DNA from: Treponemataceae bacterium
GTDB lineage: Bacteria; Spirochaetota; Spirochaetia; Treponematales; Rectinemataceae
Direction of reading: 5' to 3'
NCBI GenBank assembly: GCA_963677895.2
Contig: CAXXGJ010000006.1
Location: 160,001 to 224,000 of the forward strand
DNA length: 64,000 bases
In this document: positions 1 to 9,566 of the stretch, piece after piece
Position numbering within the stretch: the first letter of the stretch is position 1
Layout of the letters: each line of letters opens with the position of its first letter
The notes under the pieces: generated by a model
Told to the model about the DNA's origin: nothing
What the model saw: the letters and a program-made list of their open reading frames with translations, nothing else
Database searches by the model: none
Position numbers and translations under genes: made by a program

Positions 1-603
1 CGGCGTGCCTTTCCAGCCCAGCCAGAACATGCTGAAAAGAGCGCCGGCGATCGACAGGGCTCCGAGGGGCCCTATGAAACCGACGTAAGGCATGTTCGAA
101 CCCGCAGCCGCCATCATCGCCCAGAGGTTCACCGGCGGCGCGGCCGCGCTCATCGCGGCGCAGAGAAAGATTATCGCGGTGACCTTCTGTTTCGGAATGC
201 CCATTTCGGCGAGGACCTTCGAGGCGAGGGCCCCGACCACCAGGACCGTCACCGAGCCGGAGCCCGTGAGGGCGCCCGGAATGAGGAGGATGAAGGTGAG
301 GAAAAGCAGGCAGAGAAAGCGGCTTGCGTGGAAGCGCTTCACGATGCCGCCGACGATGAAGTCGACGCCACCCGATTCCTTGACGATATTCATGAAAAAG
401 GTAGCGCTGAGAAAGATGAGCGTGACGTCGAAATAGGTGAAGGAACCGTCCACGATATGGCGGGCCGAAAAGCCGGAGGCGTTCGCGAGCCCTCCGCCCA
501 AGGCCGCCAGCAGCATCGACAGCTCCACCGTCACCTTGAAGCGGCTCGCCACGATGAAGATGAGAACCATGACTCCCAAGACGATCAGCGCGTGGTTAAG
601 CAT
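1..603 (-). CDS. TRAP DctM-like / ion-transporter-superfamily permease, N-terminal part (runs off the window)
   Basis: Not in the ORF track. ATG at 603 with AAGGAGG RBS. Translates MLNHALIVLGVMVLIFIVASRFKVTVELSMLLAALGGG...PGALTGSGSVT...AAAPPVNLWAMM, hydrophobic and multi-TM. Confidence 0.7.
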   Translation of the reverse strand, partial: MLNHALIVLGVMVLIFIVASRFKVTVELSMLLAALGGGLANASGFSARHIVDGSFTYFDVTLIFLSATFFMNIVKESGGVDFIVGGIVKRFHASRFLCLLFLTFILLIPGALTGSGSVTVLVVGALASKVLAEMGIPKQKVTAIIFLCAAMSAAAPPVNLWAMMAAAGSNMPYVGFIGPLGALSIAGALFSMFWLGWKGTP

Positions 604-648
604 CGGAGCCTCCTTGAACGCGAAATTGCAGGCCTGTCCGAGCCGCCG

Positions 649-1239
649 TCATTTGGAGAAAATCTGCGGGAAAATCTTCAAAAGGTCCAGCTGCTGGTCA
701 ATGAAGATCTGCGGAATCTTCTTCTCGGCCGCCGTCTTCGTGAAGTAACCGTCCTTGTTGGCCTGGTTGTGGGTGACAAGAACGTCGGCGAGCGGCGTCA
801 TCGCGCGGATGGACTGCTCGTCGGATTCATCGACCCGCCTCGAGGCTCCCTCAACCTGGGCGACAATCACCTTGATGCCCGCGCTCTTCGCTTTTTTCAC
901 GAGGTCGGTACAGCGCTTGATTTCCTCGCTCAGCTCGACGCCCGCCGATCCCATTCCCTTGAGGCTCGTTCCCGTGATCACGATGAGGGTCTTGTAGGGT
1001 TTCTTGGCCAGGACATCGGCCGTCGCCAGGTCCTCCAGATCCGCGTCCAGCTTGAGCTGACGGCAGAGCACTTTCACGTAAACGCCGCCGGGGCTCTGTC
1101 CGCAGGCGGTGATCAGGATCGGGGTCTTCAGCTCGGGCAGATTCTTGGGAAGCGCGGCCTGGGCCTCGGCGGCGGCGCCGCAGATCAGCCCGAACATGAT
1201 GAAAGCGGACGCGAGGAAAGCGAAACGAGTAGTGCGCAT
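649..1239 (-). CDS. Exported protein, DUF6305-like
   Basis: Signal peptide; motifs PILITACGQSPG and G.SLKGMG.AG; lies between a peptidase and a permease. Confidence 0.6.
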   Translation of the reverse strand: MRTTRFAFLASAFIMFGLICGAAAEAQAALPKNLPELKTPILITACGQSPGGVYVKVLCRQLKLDADLEDLATADVLAKKPYKTLIVITGTSLKGMGSAGVELSEEIKRCTDLVKKAKSAGIKVIVAQVEGASRRVDESDEQSIRAMTPLADVLVTHNQANKDGYFTKTAAEKKIPQIFIDQQLDLLKIFPQIFSK

Positions 1240-1366
1240 ATGGTGAATGACCTCCTGTCAGCGCTCGGGAAGGGGCGACATTCATGTCGCCCTCGCCCGA
1301 ACGAATGTGGCCGTTGGATCGGGCGGGACCACCTCCAGGCAGCCCCGCCCGATCCAGAACAGCCGC

Positions 1367-3028
1367 CTATTTCTCGTCTGGATAGATGATGTCTTTGTAC
1401 TTGTCGAATTTGGCCGAATCGCCGTATTTGACGGCAGCCAGCCACTCGTCGGGATAGCCCTTCGTCTTGTACCAGAGATAGCCGTCGTTGTACTTGGCCG
1501 TAAGCTCGTCGGCGAAGTTCCACCACTCGCTCACCACGCGGTTGATCGAATCGCCCGTATAGCGCGTGAGGTAGGCTTTCGCGAGAGCCGGATTGGTCGC
1601 GTACATCGCCGCGGCGGCGGCCTCGACCGGTCCCTGCATGGCCAGGAACTCGCCCTCGTACTGGGCCTGCTTGGCCTTGATGTCCTTGATCATGAAGGAA
1701 TAGGAAAGGTTCGCCCAGTTTTCCACGAAGTCGAAGGCCCACCAGGCCGAGTCGCGGCTGAACTGGTAGCGATTCTGGATGGCCAGGGATTTGGGAAGGG
1801 AGGTCACGCCGGCGTAGATCGGCATGTACACGGTCGCGTGGGGAGCGTCCTCGCCGAACCAGAGCACGCCGCCGACGGCGTCAGGCAGCCAGGAACGGGC
1901 CTGCGACACGAAGCAATAGGAACAGCGGAACATCGAAATCGCGCGTTCCCATCCGCCCGAGTTCGGAGCGGACTTGGTCGCCCAGCGGTTCGGGTTGCCA
2001 AAGGGTCCGGCTTCGACGCCCTTGGTGAGGTCGAACTGCGTGCCTTCATAGTGGTCGCGGTAGATGGCGAACACGTCGCCGAGGCTCACTTTCTTGTCCG
2101 GCGTCACGGCGAAGGGATAGCGCCTAGCGAAGGGATCGAAGTCGTGGGAGGGAGCGACCGTGGAATAGACGCGCCACTCTCGCCTCGAGTTGTAGGGATT
2201 ATCCTTCGGCGAATAGACTTCCCAGAAACGGAAGGTGGATTTGCCGTCCCAGAGACCCATTTCCTCGGCGAGGCTGAAGACGTTCGGGGAAGCCATGTAC
2301 CAATCGGGCTTCGAGAGATCGAGTTCGCCGATGCGCGAGCGGTTCGCGGAGACGAAAACCTTGTCGTCCGGAACGCGCTGGGCTACCCACACGGCTCCCG
2401 GCTTTCCGGAATCCCTGGTCCAGAGCGGTCCGCCGCCGATGCATTCGAAGACCCAGCCTTCGTTCTCGTCGGTCACCGTCAGGCACTCGCCGCCGTCCGC
2501 GTAGCCGTACTTCTCGGCGAGGGCGCCCATGATCTGCACCACTTCCCGCGCCGTCTTGCCGCGCTGGAGGGCGATCGCCTCGAGCTGTTCTATATAGAAC
2601 ATTCCGTTCGGATTGTTCATTTCCCTGCGGTTGCCGATGGTGGTTTCGCCGATCATGACCTGGAACTCATTCATGAAGGGATAGGCGATCTGGAAATAGG
2701 TATAGGTTTTCTCGACCTGCGGAATCTCGCCCGTGACGGTCACCTTGACGCTCGGGTTGTCAGAATAGAGCAGATCCTTCAGGATCTTGACGGTCTCGCC
2801 GGGCTTGAAGGTCGCGCCCGGGACGACGGTGAGGCGGGAATCGTAGTTGCCGTCGCAGGTGTGCGAGGTCATCACCGAGCCGTCGGTCGAGGCCAACTTG
2901 CCGATGATGAGCGCCGTGCATTCGCCCGGTTCGAGATCCGGCGAAGCGTACTGGGAAAAGTCCTGGGCGCCGGCGAACAAAGCCGCGAACACCAGGATAG
3001 CCGCCAAGAGCGCAGTTTTCTTCAACAT
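1367..3028 (-). CDS. Exported C69-family dipeptidase (Ntn hydrolase)
   Basis: Signal peptide then catalytic ECTALIIG..ASTDGS; MNEFQV.IGETT; WVAQRVPDD; N.SRI. Start trimmed to MLKKT. Confidence 0.85.
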   Translation of the reverse strand: MLKKTALLAAILVFAALFAGAQDFSQYASPDLEPGECTALIIGKLASTDGSVMTSHTCDGNYDSRLTVVPGATFKPGETVKILKDLLYSDNPSVKVTVTGEIPQVEKTYTYFQIAYPFMNEFQVMIGETTIGNRREMNNPNGMFYIEQLEAIALQRGKTAREVVQIMGALAEKYGYADGGECLTVTDENEGWVFECIGGGPLWTRDSGKPGAVWVAQRVPDDKVFVSANRSRIGELDLSKPDWYMASPNVFSLAEEMGLWDGKSTFRFWEVYSPKDNPYNSRREWRVYSTVAPSHDFDPFARRYPFAVTPDKKVSLGDVFAIYRDHYEGTQFDLTKGVEAGPFGNPNRWATKSAPNSGGWERAISMFRCSYCFVSQARSWLPDAVGGVLWFGEDAPHATVYMPIYAGVTSLPKSLAIQNRYQFSRDSAWWAFDFVENWANLSYSFMIKDIKAKQAQYEGEFLAMQGPVEAAAAAMYATNPALAKAYLTRYTGDSINRVVSEWWNFADELTAKYNDGYLWYKTKGYPDEWLAAVKYGDSAKFDKYKDIIYPDEK

Positions 3029-3521
3029 AGCAAATCCCCCTTTTCTTTCAATGTGCGTTTGCACTTCGAACTACAGCTTTTAGCATGCGACCCGCCATGG
3101 ATCCAAAATTTTCCGGCGGAGAAGATGGAGCGATCCTGTCCATATCAATTCTTTTTTATTTTATTCAATCTTAGTGCGTACGTTCGCCCTGTCAAGGAAT
3201 ATATGACCGTGTTTGAAATGTTATTTTTTGGATTTTTGCCGAGGTTTCACCGCATACGCTTCCATCGCTTTTATTTTGGCACGGAAAGCAAGCAAGACTG
3301 ACGGCAAACCATTGAGCGCGACCGCTGAAAAACGCGGCATCAAAATGAGGAGTGAAGCATGAAATCATTACTATTTATTTATATAAAAACAAGTTAATAA
3401 TATTAAACCTTAAGAAGGCCAATGCTCATACTCATTCTTTATGCCTTTCGCGGCTGCCCATGCCCGTCATTCATAAGCGCAGGTTTCGGCAGCGGCGCTG
3501 AAACACTCATCTACGTCGCTT

Positions 3522-4724
3522 TCACCCGGCGGATAAGCCGGCAAGGTAGTTCAGCGCGAATCCGGCCAGAAGCGCGGCGCCGCGGGCAAGCTGGTCGTCG
3601 CCCGCGTTGAAATGGGGCGAGTGATGCGGCTTGTCGGTTCCTTTGGCGGGATCGTTGATGCCCAGCATGCCGAACACGGCGGGTATTTTTTCGCCGTAAT
3701 AGCTGAAATCCTCCGAGCCCATGGCGATGGGGATTTCTTTCGTATTTTCTTTACCCAGCAGATCGGTTGCCGTGCGCAGCATCAAATCCGTCAACGCGGG
3801 ATCGTTCACCGTCACCCCATAAATCTGCGTGTAGGTAAGGGTGGATGCGCAGCGAAGGGCATCCGAGACGCCTCCGATGACTCTCGCCATGCGGGATTCC
3901 ATCTCGGAGCGCGTCGTCCGGTCGGTAGTCCTGACGTTGCCGGTGATAAGTGCCGTATCGGGTATGATATTGGGCGCGCTGCCCGTTTCTATCTTGCCCA
4001 CGCTCAGCACGACGCTTTCCAGGGGATTTATCTCGCGGCTCACTATCGTCTGGAGCATGGAAATGATGTAACTGGCGGCTATAGTCGGATCGATCGCCTT
4101 GTGAGGCATGGCCCCGTGGCCTCCCTGACCCTGGATCGAGACTTCCCAAATGTCGGCGGAAGCCATTATCGGACCATTTTTTATGGCTAGAACCCCCGCC
4201 GGGTGCTCCGACATCACGTGCAGTCCGGCGATCGCGCTCACCCCTTCCAGGACTCCTTCCTCGATGAGCTTCGGAGCGCCGGAGTTCCGCCCCGTTTCCT
4301 CGGCAGGCTGAAAAATCAGGCGGACGCGGCCGGAAAAGCTATCCTTCATGGCCATCAGTATCCGGGCGGCCCCGATCAATATCGCGGCGTGCGCATCGTG
4401 CCCGCACGCGTGCATCACGCCTTCGACGGTGGACGCGTAAGGGACATCGTTAGCCTCGACTATCGGCAAGGCATCGATATCGGCCCTGAGCGCGACACAG
4501 GGGCCTTCCCCGACGCCCGCAATTTCGGCGATCACGCCGGATCCCGTACCGGCGAAGCCTCTTTTGATATTCTCGCAGCCGAGTTCCCTCAAGAGCGATT
4601 CTATCTTTTGGGAGGTTTCGATCTCTTTCCATCCTAGCTCGGGATGAGCGTGTATTTCATGCCTCAAGGCGATCAGGTCTTTCTCGATTCCCTTGGATAA
4701 GTCAAGTATTCTTTCGGAATTCAT
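3522..4724 (-). CDS. M20D amidohydrolase
   Basis: HAHPEL, LRADIDALP, MHACGHDAH, FQPAEE, GGHGAMPH, SEDFS, HHSP motifs. Confidence 0.92.
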   Translation of the reverse strand: MNSERILDLSKGIEKDLIALRHEIHAHPELGWKEIETSQKIESLLRELGCENIKRGFAGTGSGVIAEIAGVGEGPCVALRADIDALPIVEANDVPYASTVEGVMHACGHDAHAAILIGAARILMAMKDSFSGRVRLIFQPAEETGRNSGAPKLIEEGVLEGVSAIAGLHVMSEHPAGVLAIKNGPIMASADIWEVSIQGQGGHGAMPHKAIDPTIAASYIISMLQTIVSREINPLESVVLSVGKIETGSAPNIIPDTALITGNVRTTDRTTRSEMESRMARVIGGVSDALRCASTLTYTQIYGVTVNDPALTDLMLRTATDLLGKENTKEIPIAMGSEDFSYYGEKIPAVFGMLGINDPAKGTDKPHHSPHFNAGDDQLARGAALLAGFALNYLAGLSAG

Positions 4725-4742
4725 CGGGTGCGTCCTTCTCGA

Positions 4743-5921
4743 TCAGAACATTTTAACGATAAAGCCGGCCAGTATCACTGAAGCCACGGTCACCGTGGTA
4801 AATCCCGCGATGAGCATTTTAGGCAGGATGCGCTTCAGGAGAAACTGCTTCTCGCTTTCATTTTGGGAGAGCGAGGCCGCGACTTCCTGGGAAATGATAT
4901 AGGTTCCGGGGAACCCGAAAAGGCAGGTGGAGCCGATGGCAAGGCTCAGTTCCCAAGAATATCCCAAGAGTTTGCTGAAAAGCAGGGCAACGGCGATCAT
5001 CCCGATCAGGGAAATCACAAAGGCGAGAAGCATGGGAAGCAATAGGGACAGGACGAGTTCCGGCGTGGCTTTGGAAAGGCTTATGAATATGGGGACGAGG
5101 AGGAAAAACATGGCGAGTCCGGCGGAGTTGGCCTTGTCCAGTACCTTGAATTCGATGAAGCCTATCTCATACGCGATGATGCCGAAAAAAAGCGCGACGA
5201 TATAGGGATGAATGACGTTCCCTATGAGGCCGGCGGCGCCCACGGCCAGCCACGCGATGAAAAACGTCTTGGCGAGGAGGATGAAGGGCGTCTGCAGAGC
5301 CTTGGGCAGCGGCGGAATCAGCCGCCAGGTCGGAACCTCCGGGTCGGAAGCATTCTTGGCGGAGTCTTTTTCCGCCAATCCTCCCGACCTGAAACCGGCG
5401 ATAAGCCTTTTCCCTTCGCGCTTGAGGCAAAACGACGCGATAGGCAGGCCTATGAAGCTTTGGAGAACCAGGAGAAGCGTGGCGAACACCATGAGCGTCT
5501 CCTGACCCTTGGCTTTCGCCGCTTCGCTGACGATGAGCGTCGCGACGACGCCGCCTGAAATTGGTCCGATGGCGGTAAGAGCCCGGTCCCGCCCGATGAG
5601 AGGAGTTCCGATGAAATAAAGCGTGACGGAAAGGGCGATAAGGGCCGAGATGGCTACGAGCACGGTTCTCCACTCATCCTTCAGGTCTTTGATCTTCATC
5701 AGGCTGCCCATATAGACCATGAGCATCGAGATGAGGGCCATCGCCACGGGAGCTATCTTGGAATCATCGAAGAGCGTCTTGGGGATGCCGACCCAAAAAC
5801 CGACCAAAAAAAGAAGCCCCGAGGTGAACATCATGGAAAAGAGGGCTTTCGTCTTGTGCGAAACATAGTCCCCGATCGCGTAGATGACGGCGATGATCAG
5901 GATAGCGGTAAGCGCTGGCAT
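4743..5921 (-). CDS. Multi-pass membrane protein, putative amino acid/peptide symporter
   Basis: About 11 hydrophobic segments, GGVVA and GFPGT re-entrant-like motifs; directly upstream of the amidohydrolase. Confidence 0.6.
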   Translation of the reverse strand: MPALTAILIIAVIYAIGDYVSHKTKALFSMMFTSGLLFLVGFWVGIPKTLFDDSKIAPVAMALISMLMVYMGSLMKIKDLKDEWRTVLVAISALIALSVTLYFIGTPLIGRDRALTAIGPISGGVVATLIVSEAAKAKGQETLMVFATLLLVLQSFIGLPIASFCLKREGKRLIAGFRSGGLAEKDSAKNASDPEVPTWRLIPPLPKALQTPFILLAKTFFIAWLAVGAAGLIGNVIHPYIVALFFGIIAYEIGFIEFKVLDKANSAGLAMFFLLVPIFISLSKATPELVLSLLLPMLLAFVISLIGMIAVALLFSKLLGYSWELSLAIGSTCLFGFPGTYIISQEVAASLSQNESEKQFLLKRILPKMLIAGFTTVTVASVILAGFIVKMF

Positions 5922-6164
5922 AAGAACCTCCCGTAGACCGTTGCGATAAAGTCACGCTGCACGGAAAAAGGATCAAGCCAATCCTGCGTTTCTATGCATC
6001 GATACATTCAAGCCTAGGCGATTCGCGATGTCAAGCTGAATTTTTCGATCTTTCGATAATATTTGCCAGTATTTGTGCCGCAAAAACACCTACTGCCCTC
6101 GCCGACGCGTTCCATATTGGCAGCCTACCATACTGCGGTTATAGTGGCCTCAAGAGGAATACGC

Positions 6165-7205
6165 ATGAAAGCCGCCATTTTCGACCAGTTCCGCGCTCCG
6201 ATCCAGATTTCCGAAGTGCCCGACCCCCAGGTTCCCGAGGACGGCGTCGTCCTGGCCGTGGACGCCACCGGCATCTGCCGGAGCGACTGGCACGGCTGGC
6301 AGGGCCACGACACCGACATCAAGCTGCCCCACGTCCCGGGGCACGAACTCGCGGGCACCATTGTCGAAGTGGGCAAGGGCATCAAGAACTGGAAGCGCGG
6401 CGAGCGCGTCACCATGCCCTTCGTGGCCGGCTGCGGGCACTGCGCCCCCTGCCAATCGGGCAACCAGCAGGTCTGCGACCACCAGTTCCAGCCCGGCTTC
6501 ACGCATTGGGGATCCTTCGCCCAGTATGTCGCCATCCACTACGCCGACATGAACCTCGTCCGCCTACCGGACAGCATGGATTCGGTGTCCGCGGCGAGCC
6601 TCGGCTGCCGCTTCGCCACCGCCTTCAGGGCTCTGGAAGCCCAGGCCAGGGTGCGCGCGGGCGACTGGGTCGCCATCCACGGCTGCGGCGGCGTCGGCCT
6701 CTCCGCCGTCATGATCGCCAAGGCCATGGGCGCCCGGATCGTCGCGGTGGACATCCAGAAGGACAAACTGGAAATGGCGCTGCAGCTCGGCGCCGACGTG
6801 GCCATCGACGGTCGCGCTACCCCGGACATCGTCGGCGCCATCAAGGACGTCACGGGCGGCGGCGCCCAGGTTTCCATGGACGCACTCGGCAGCCTCCAGA
6901 CCTGCTTCAACTCGGTGGCCTGCCTCGCCAAGCGGGGGCGGCACGTGCAGGTCGGCCTCATGCTGGGCGACCAGCACCATCCCGCCATCCCCATGGATCT
7001 CGTCGTCGCCCGCGAACTGGAAATCTACGGCAGCCACGGCATCCAGGCCCACCGCTACGACGTGCTCCTCGGCATGGTCGCCGCGGGAACCCTCCACCCC
7101 GAGCGCCTCGTCACCGACCGCTACACCCTCGCCGAAGGCATCGACTTCCTCCAGCGGATGGACCAGTTCCCGGGCACGGGGATCAGGGTGATCGACAGGG
7201 TATAG
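6165..7205 (+). CDS. Zinc-dependent alcohol dehydrogenase (MDR family)
   Basis: GICRSD, PGHE, CGHCAPC...C, GCGGVG. Start set at MKAAIF (6165) after GAGG. Confidence 0.92.
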   Translation: MKAAIFDQFRAPIQISEVPDPQVPEDGVVLAVDATGICRSDWHGWQGHDTDIKLPHVPGHELAGTIVEVGKGIKNWKRGERVTMPFVAGCGHCAPCQSGNQQVCDHQFQPGFTHWGSFAQYVAIHYADMNLVRLPDSMDSVSAASLGCRFATAFRALEAQARVRAGDWVAIHGCGGVGLSAVMIAKAMGARIVAVDIQKDKLEMALQLGADVAIDGRATPDIVGAIKDVTGGGAQVSMDALGSLQTCFNSVACLAKRGRHVQVGLMLGDQHHPAIPMDLVVARELEIYGSHGIQAHRYDVLLGMVAAGTLHPERLVTDRYTLAEGIDFLQRMDQFPGTGIRVIDRV

Positions 7206-7252
7206 CGATTCAATACCGTGGTAACTCGCTTCATCAACTAGAGTATTAACGC

Positions 7253-7281
7253 TTGACCGCATTGTAATATTAAATTACAAT
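7253..7281 (+). promoter_or_regulatory. Sigma-70 promoter of the TA operon with an overlapping operator palindrome
   Basis: TTGACC (7253-7258), 17 nt, TACAAT (7276-7281). Inverted repeat ATTGTAAT-N5-ATTACAAT at 7261-7281. Confidence 0.75.
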
Positions 7282-7300
7282 ATAACTCATGAGGTAATAT

Positions 7301-7615
7301 GTGAAGGTTGAGTTTAAAAATTCTCAACTCGAAAAACTCTATTCAACCGGACAATCGAAGAAGTACCCAGTAGGCTCGGCTATCGCGACAAAATTCGTGG
7401 CCGTCGTAGCCAGATTGAAAGCCGCTCAAGACATCCACGATCTTTGGAGACTGCCTTCGCTAAACTTCGAACGACTTCATGGTAACCCGAACAGGTATTC
7501 GGCGAGAGTAACGATCAAGTACCGAGTCGAGATGGAAATAGACTGGGAAAACCAGGAGAAAACCATTGGACTTATCGGTATCGTCGAGCTCTCGAGCCAT
7601 TATGGAGGAAGGTGA
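7301..7615 (+). CDS. higB: HigB-like (RelE/ParE fold) toxin
   Basis: 104 aa with LEKLY, LPSLNFERLHG, YSARVTIKYRV; toxin-first order; GTGA overlap with the antitoxin. Confidence 0.8.
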   Translation: MKVEFKNSQLEKLYSTGQSKKYPVGSAIATKFVAVVARLKAAQDIHDLWRLPSLNFERLHGNPNRYSARVTIKYRVEMEIDWENQEKTIGLIGIVELSSHYGGR

Positions 7616-8721
7616 CTATGGGCGAACTCAAGCCATTCATCAATATCGGACCCGGCATCGTTATAAAGGATGAACTGGAAGCGCTAGGTTGGTCGCAGGA
7701 TGATCTGGCACGCATCATGGGCATGTCACTGAAAGCCGTCAATGAAATCCTTAACGACAAGGTGGCGATAACAGTCGAAACAGCGCGGCTTCTGGGAAAA
7801 GCATTCGGGACATCGGCGGAAATATGGATAAACCTGGATACGGCATATCGACTTCGCCTCCGAGAAGATACCGAGCGCGAACGGGAAGCCGAACGTTATG
7901 CGGCAGTCATGAAGTACATGCCGGTCAGGGAGATGGTCAAGAAAGGATGGCTAGAAACCTACAACTCGTCATCGGAGCTTTTGGAAAAAGCCAAGAATTT
8001 CTGGAATGTTTCCGAGCCTGATTTCTCATTCTTGGGCAAGGCTAAGGAGCCCTGTTTCAGGCGTTCCGACGCTTATGAATTCTACGAGAAATATTACGCC
8101 CTCACCTGGACCCAAAAAGCAAAGGATACTGCTTCAAGTATACATTTGCCGGAATGGGACAGAACCGCGGCCAAAAAGATTGGAGCAAAGCTCGGCAATT
8201 TCTCTCGGCTCGAGAATGGCACCTCGACATTTATACAGGACTTAGAAGTGGCAGGCATAGGGTTTTTCGTACTGAGCCACCTGCAGAAAACGTATCTGGA
8301 CGGAGCGGCGATTTTCGTCGGCGCGAATCCATTCATCGTCTATACTGGCCGCTTCGATCGTTGTGACAATTTCTGGTTTACCGTAGCCCACGAGTTAGCC
8401 CACCTAGTTCTTGGTCACGTGAAGAAGGACGGACAGGAAATCCTTGATGACCTGAAACAGGAAGCCGGAAACGATCAGGAAAAAGCAGCAGATAAACTGG
8501 CTGAAACCTATCTCCACACTGTGGAAATTCTGGAATTTTGCGCGCCTTTTAAAAAGTATCTCTCGCGCGAGAGGATAGAGCGCTGCGCTGAAACAGTCGG
8601 AGTAAGCCCGGGTATTGTGGTTGGAACCTTACAGTATGCGGGTATCCTGCCGTACAAGAACCTAAATAACTATAAAAGACCAATACTCACGGCACTTCCT
8701 GCATCATGCATCAAGGGATAA
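7612..8721 (+). CDS. higA: HigA-like XRE HTH antitoxin fused to an ImmA/IrrE-type HEXXH metallopeptidase
   Basis: N-terminal PG..IKDELEALGWSQDDLA...W.NL...Y; C-terminal DNFWFTVAHELAHL and E..AD. Confidence 0.8.
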   Translation: MTMGELKPFINIGPGIVIKDELEALGWSQDDLARIMGMSLKAVNEILNDKVAITVETARLLGKAFGTSAEIWINLDTAYRLRLREDTEREREAERYAAVMKYMPVREMVKKGWLETYNSSSELLEKAKNFWNVSEPDFSFLGKAKEPCFRRSDAYEFYEKYYALTWTQKAKDTASSIHLPEWDRTAAKKIGAKLGNFSRLENGTSTFIQDLEVAGIGFFVLSHLQKTYLDGAAIFVGANPFIVYTGRFDRCDNFWFTVAHELAHLVLGHVKKDGQEILDDLKQEAGNDQEKAADKLAETYLHTVEILEFCAPFKKYLSRERIERCAETVGVSPGIVVGTLQYAGILPYKNLNNYKRPILTALPASCIKG

Positions 8722-8723
8722 AC

Positions 8724-9554
8724 CTAGACATCATCAAAAAGCTCTTTTTGGTATTCATATGGTATCGGTAATACACCAACAATAACCCAAGGGTTAGGAG
8801 CTAAAAAATGAAACTGTTGAGTCGTGCCAAGATAAAAATGGAGATCTTTCTGTACAAATGTGTCGAAGTATTTTGCCCGAACTTTTTCCAAGACTTGTCG
8901 ATCATCTATCCCTGGTTCCTTGAAACAATTCCAATACAACGCCCCAATTTCCCAATCGAGTATTTGAAGCTGACAACTACGCCCTCGATCATCTTCAAAT
9001 CTGTAAGAAAAGCTATATGGCAACTTTTTTATTAGCTTGAAGGTTCTTCGCCATTCATTATCGTCAAATAAATCAAGCTGATTATAAAAACCCCTCATTT
9101 CAGCAACTTTAGATTCATCCCACTCTCGTTCTTCACTTTCTGAGATAAAATCTATAACTCTCGTAGGTTTGAATATCGCCAACGAAGTTATGTTCCGCTT
9201 TGCATCAATGATAAGAGCATCCATATTTGTATATACTTTTGCAGTTTTTAAGAGAATTTCTCGGCGTGCATGCCAATTATTCTCAGTACCAATTCTACCT
9301 ACCGGTTTTAATTCTTCAGGATTTATCGGACTATATGATTCTGGTCTTGGATCTTTGGTTCTCCGGTTTGTCTGGCATTCAATCCAATCATATTTGCTAT
9401 ATTGTTCAGCTTCATCCAGCCTTCGAAACGGCACTGGGTATAACCTTACCCAAGAGCCATCCTCCCTGATACCAGCCGTGCATACGGTTTCGCCATACTT
9501 CATCGATAATGTCGGATACGTTTTAACGGTGATTAGGATACGTTCCTTTGACAT
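8724..9554 (-). CDS. Conserved hypothetical protein, partner of DUF488 (possible dual-OB nucleic-acid-binding protein)
   Basis: 276 aa, N-terminal ITVKTYP.LS.KYGETVCTAG...G.WVRLYP; starts 12 nt after the DUF488 stop. Confidence 0.6.
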   Translation of the reverse strand: MSKERILITVKTYPTLSMKYGETVCTAGIREDGSWVRLYPVPFRRLDEAEQYSKYDWIECQTNRRTKDPRPESYSPINPEELKPVGRIGTENNWHARREILLKTAKVYTNMDALIIDAKRNITSLAIFKPTRVIDFISESEEREWDESKVAEMRGFYNQLDLFDDNEWRRTFKLIKKLPYSFSYRFEDDRGRSCQLQILDWEIGALYWNCFKEPGIDDRQVLEKVRAKYFDTFVQKDLHFYLGTTQQFHFLAPNPWVIVGVLPIPYEYQKELFDDV

Positions 9555-9566
9555 ACACCAGCTCCG

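Noticed and set aside
3277..3292. Sigma-54 promoter TGGCACGGAAAGCAAG
   Set aside because: No GC at the -12 position with 10-nt spacing, and no downstream plus-strand gene.
1247..3301. Long antisense ORFs (e.g. 1247-3301, 25738-27465, 37895-39628, 40352-42907, 42995-44596)
   Set aside because: Shadow frames opposite well-supported genes, expected from GC-rich codon bias; no motifs.
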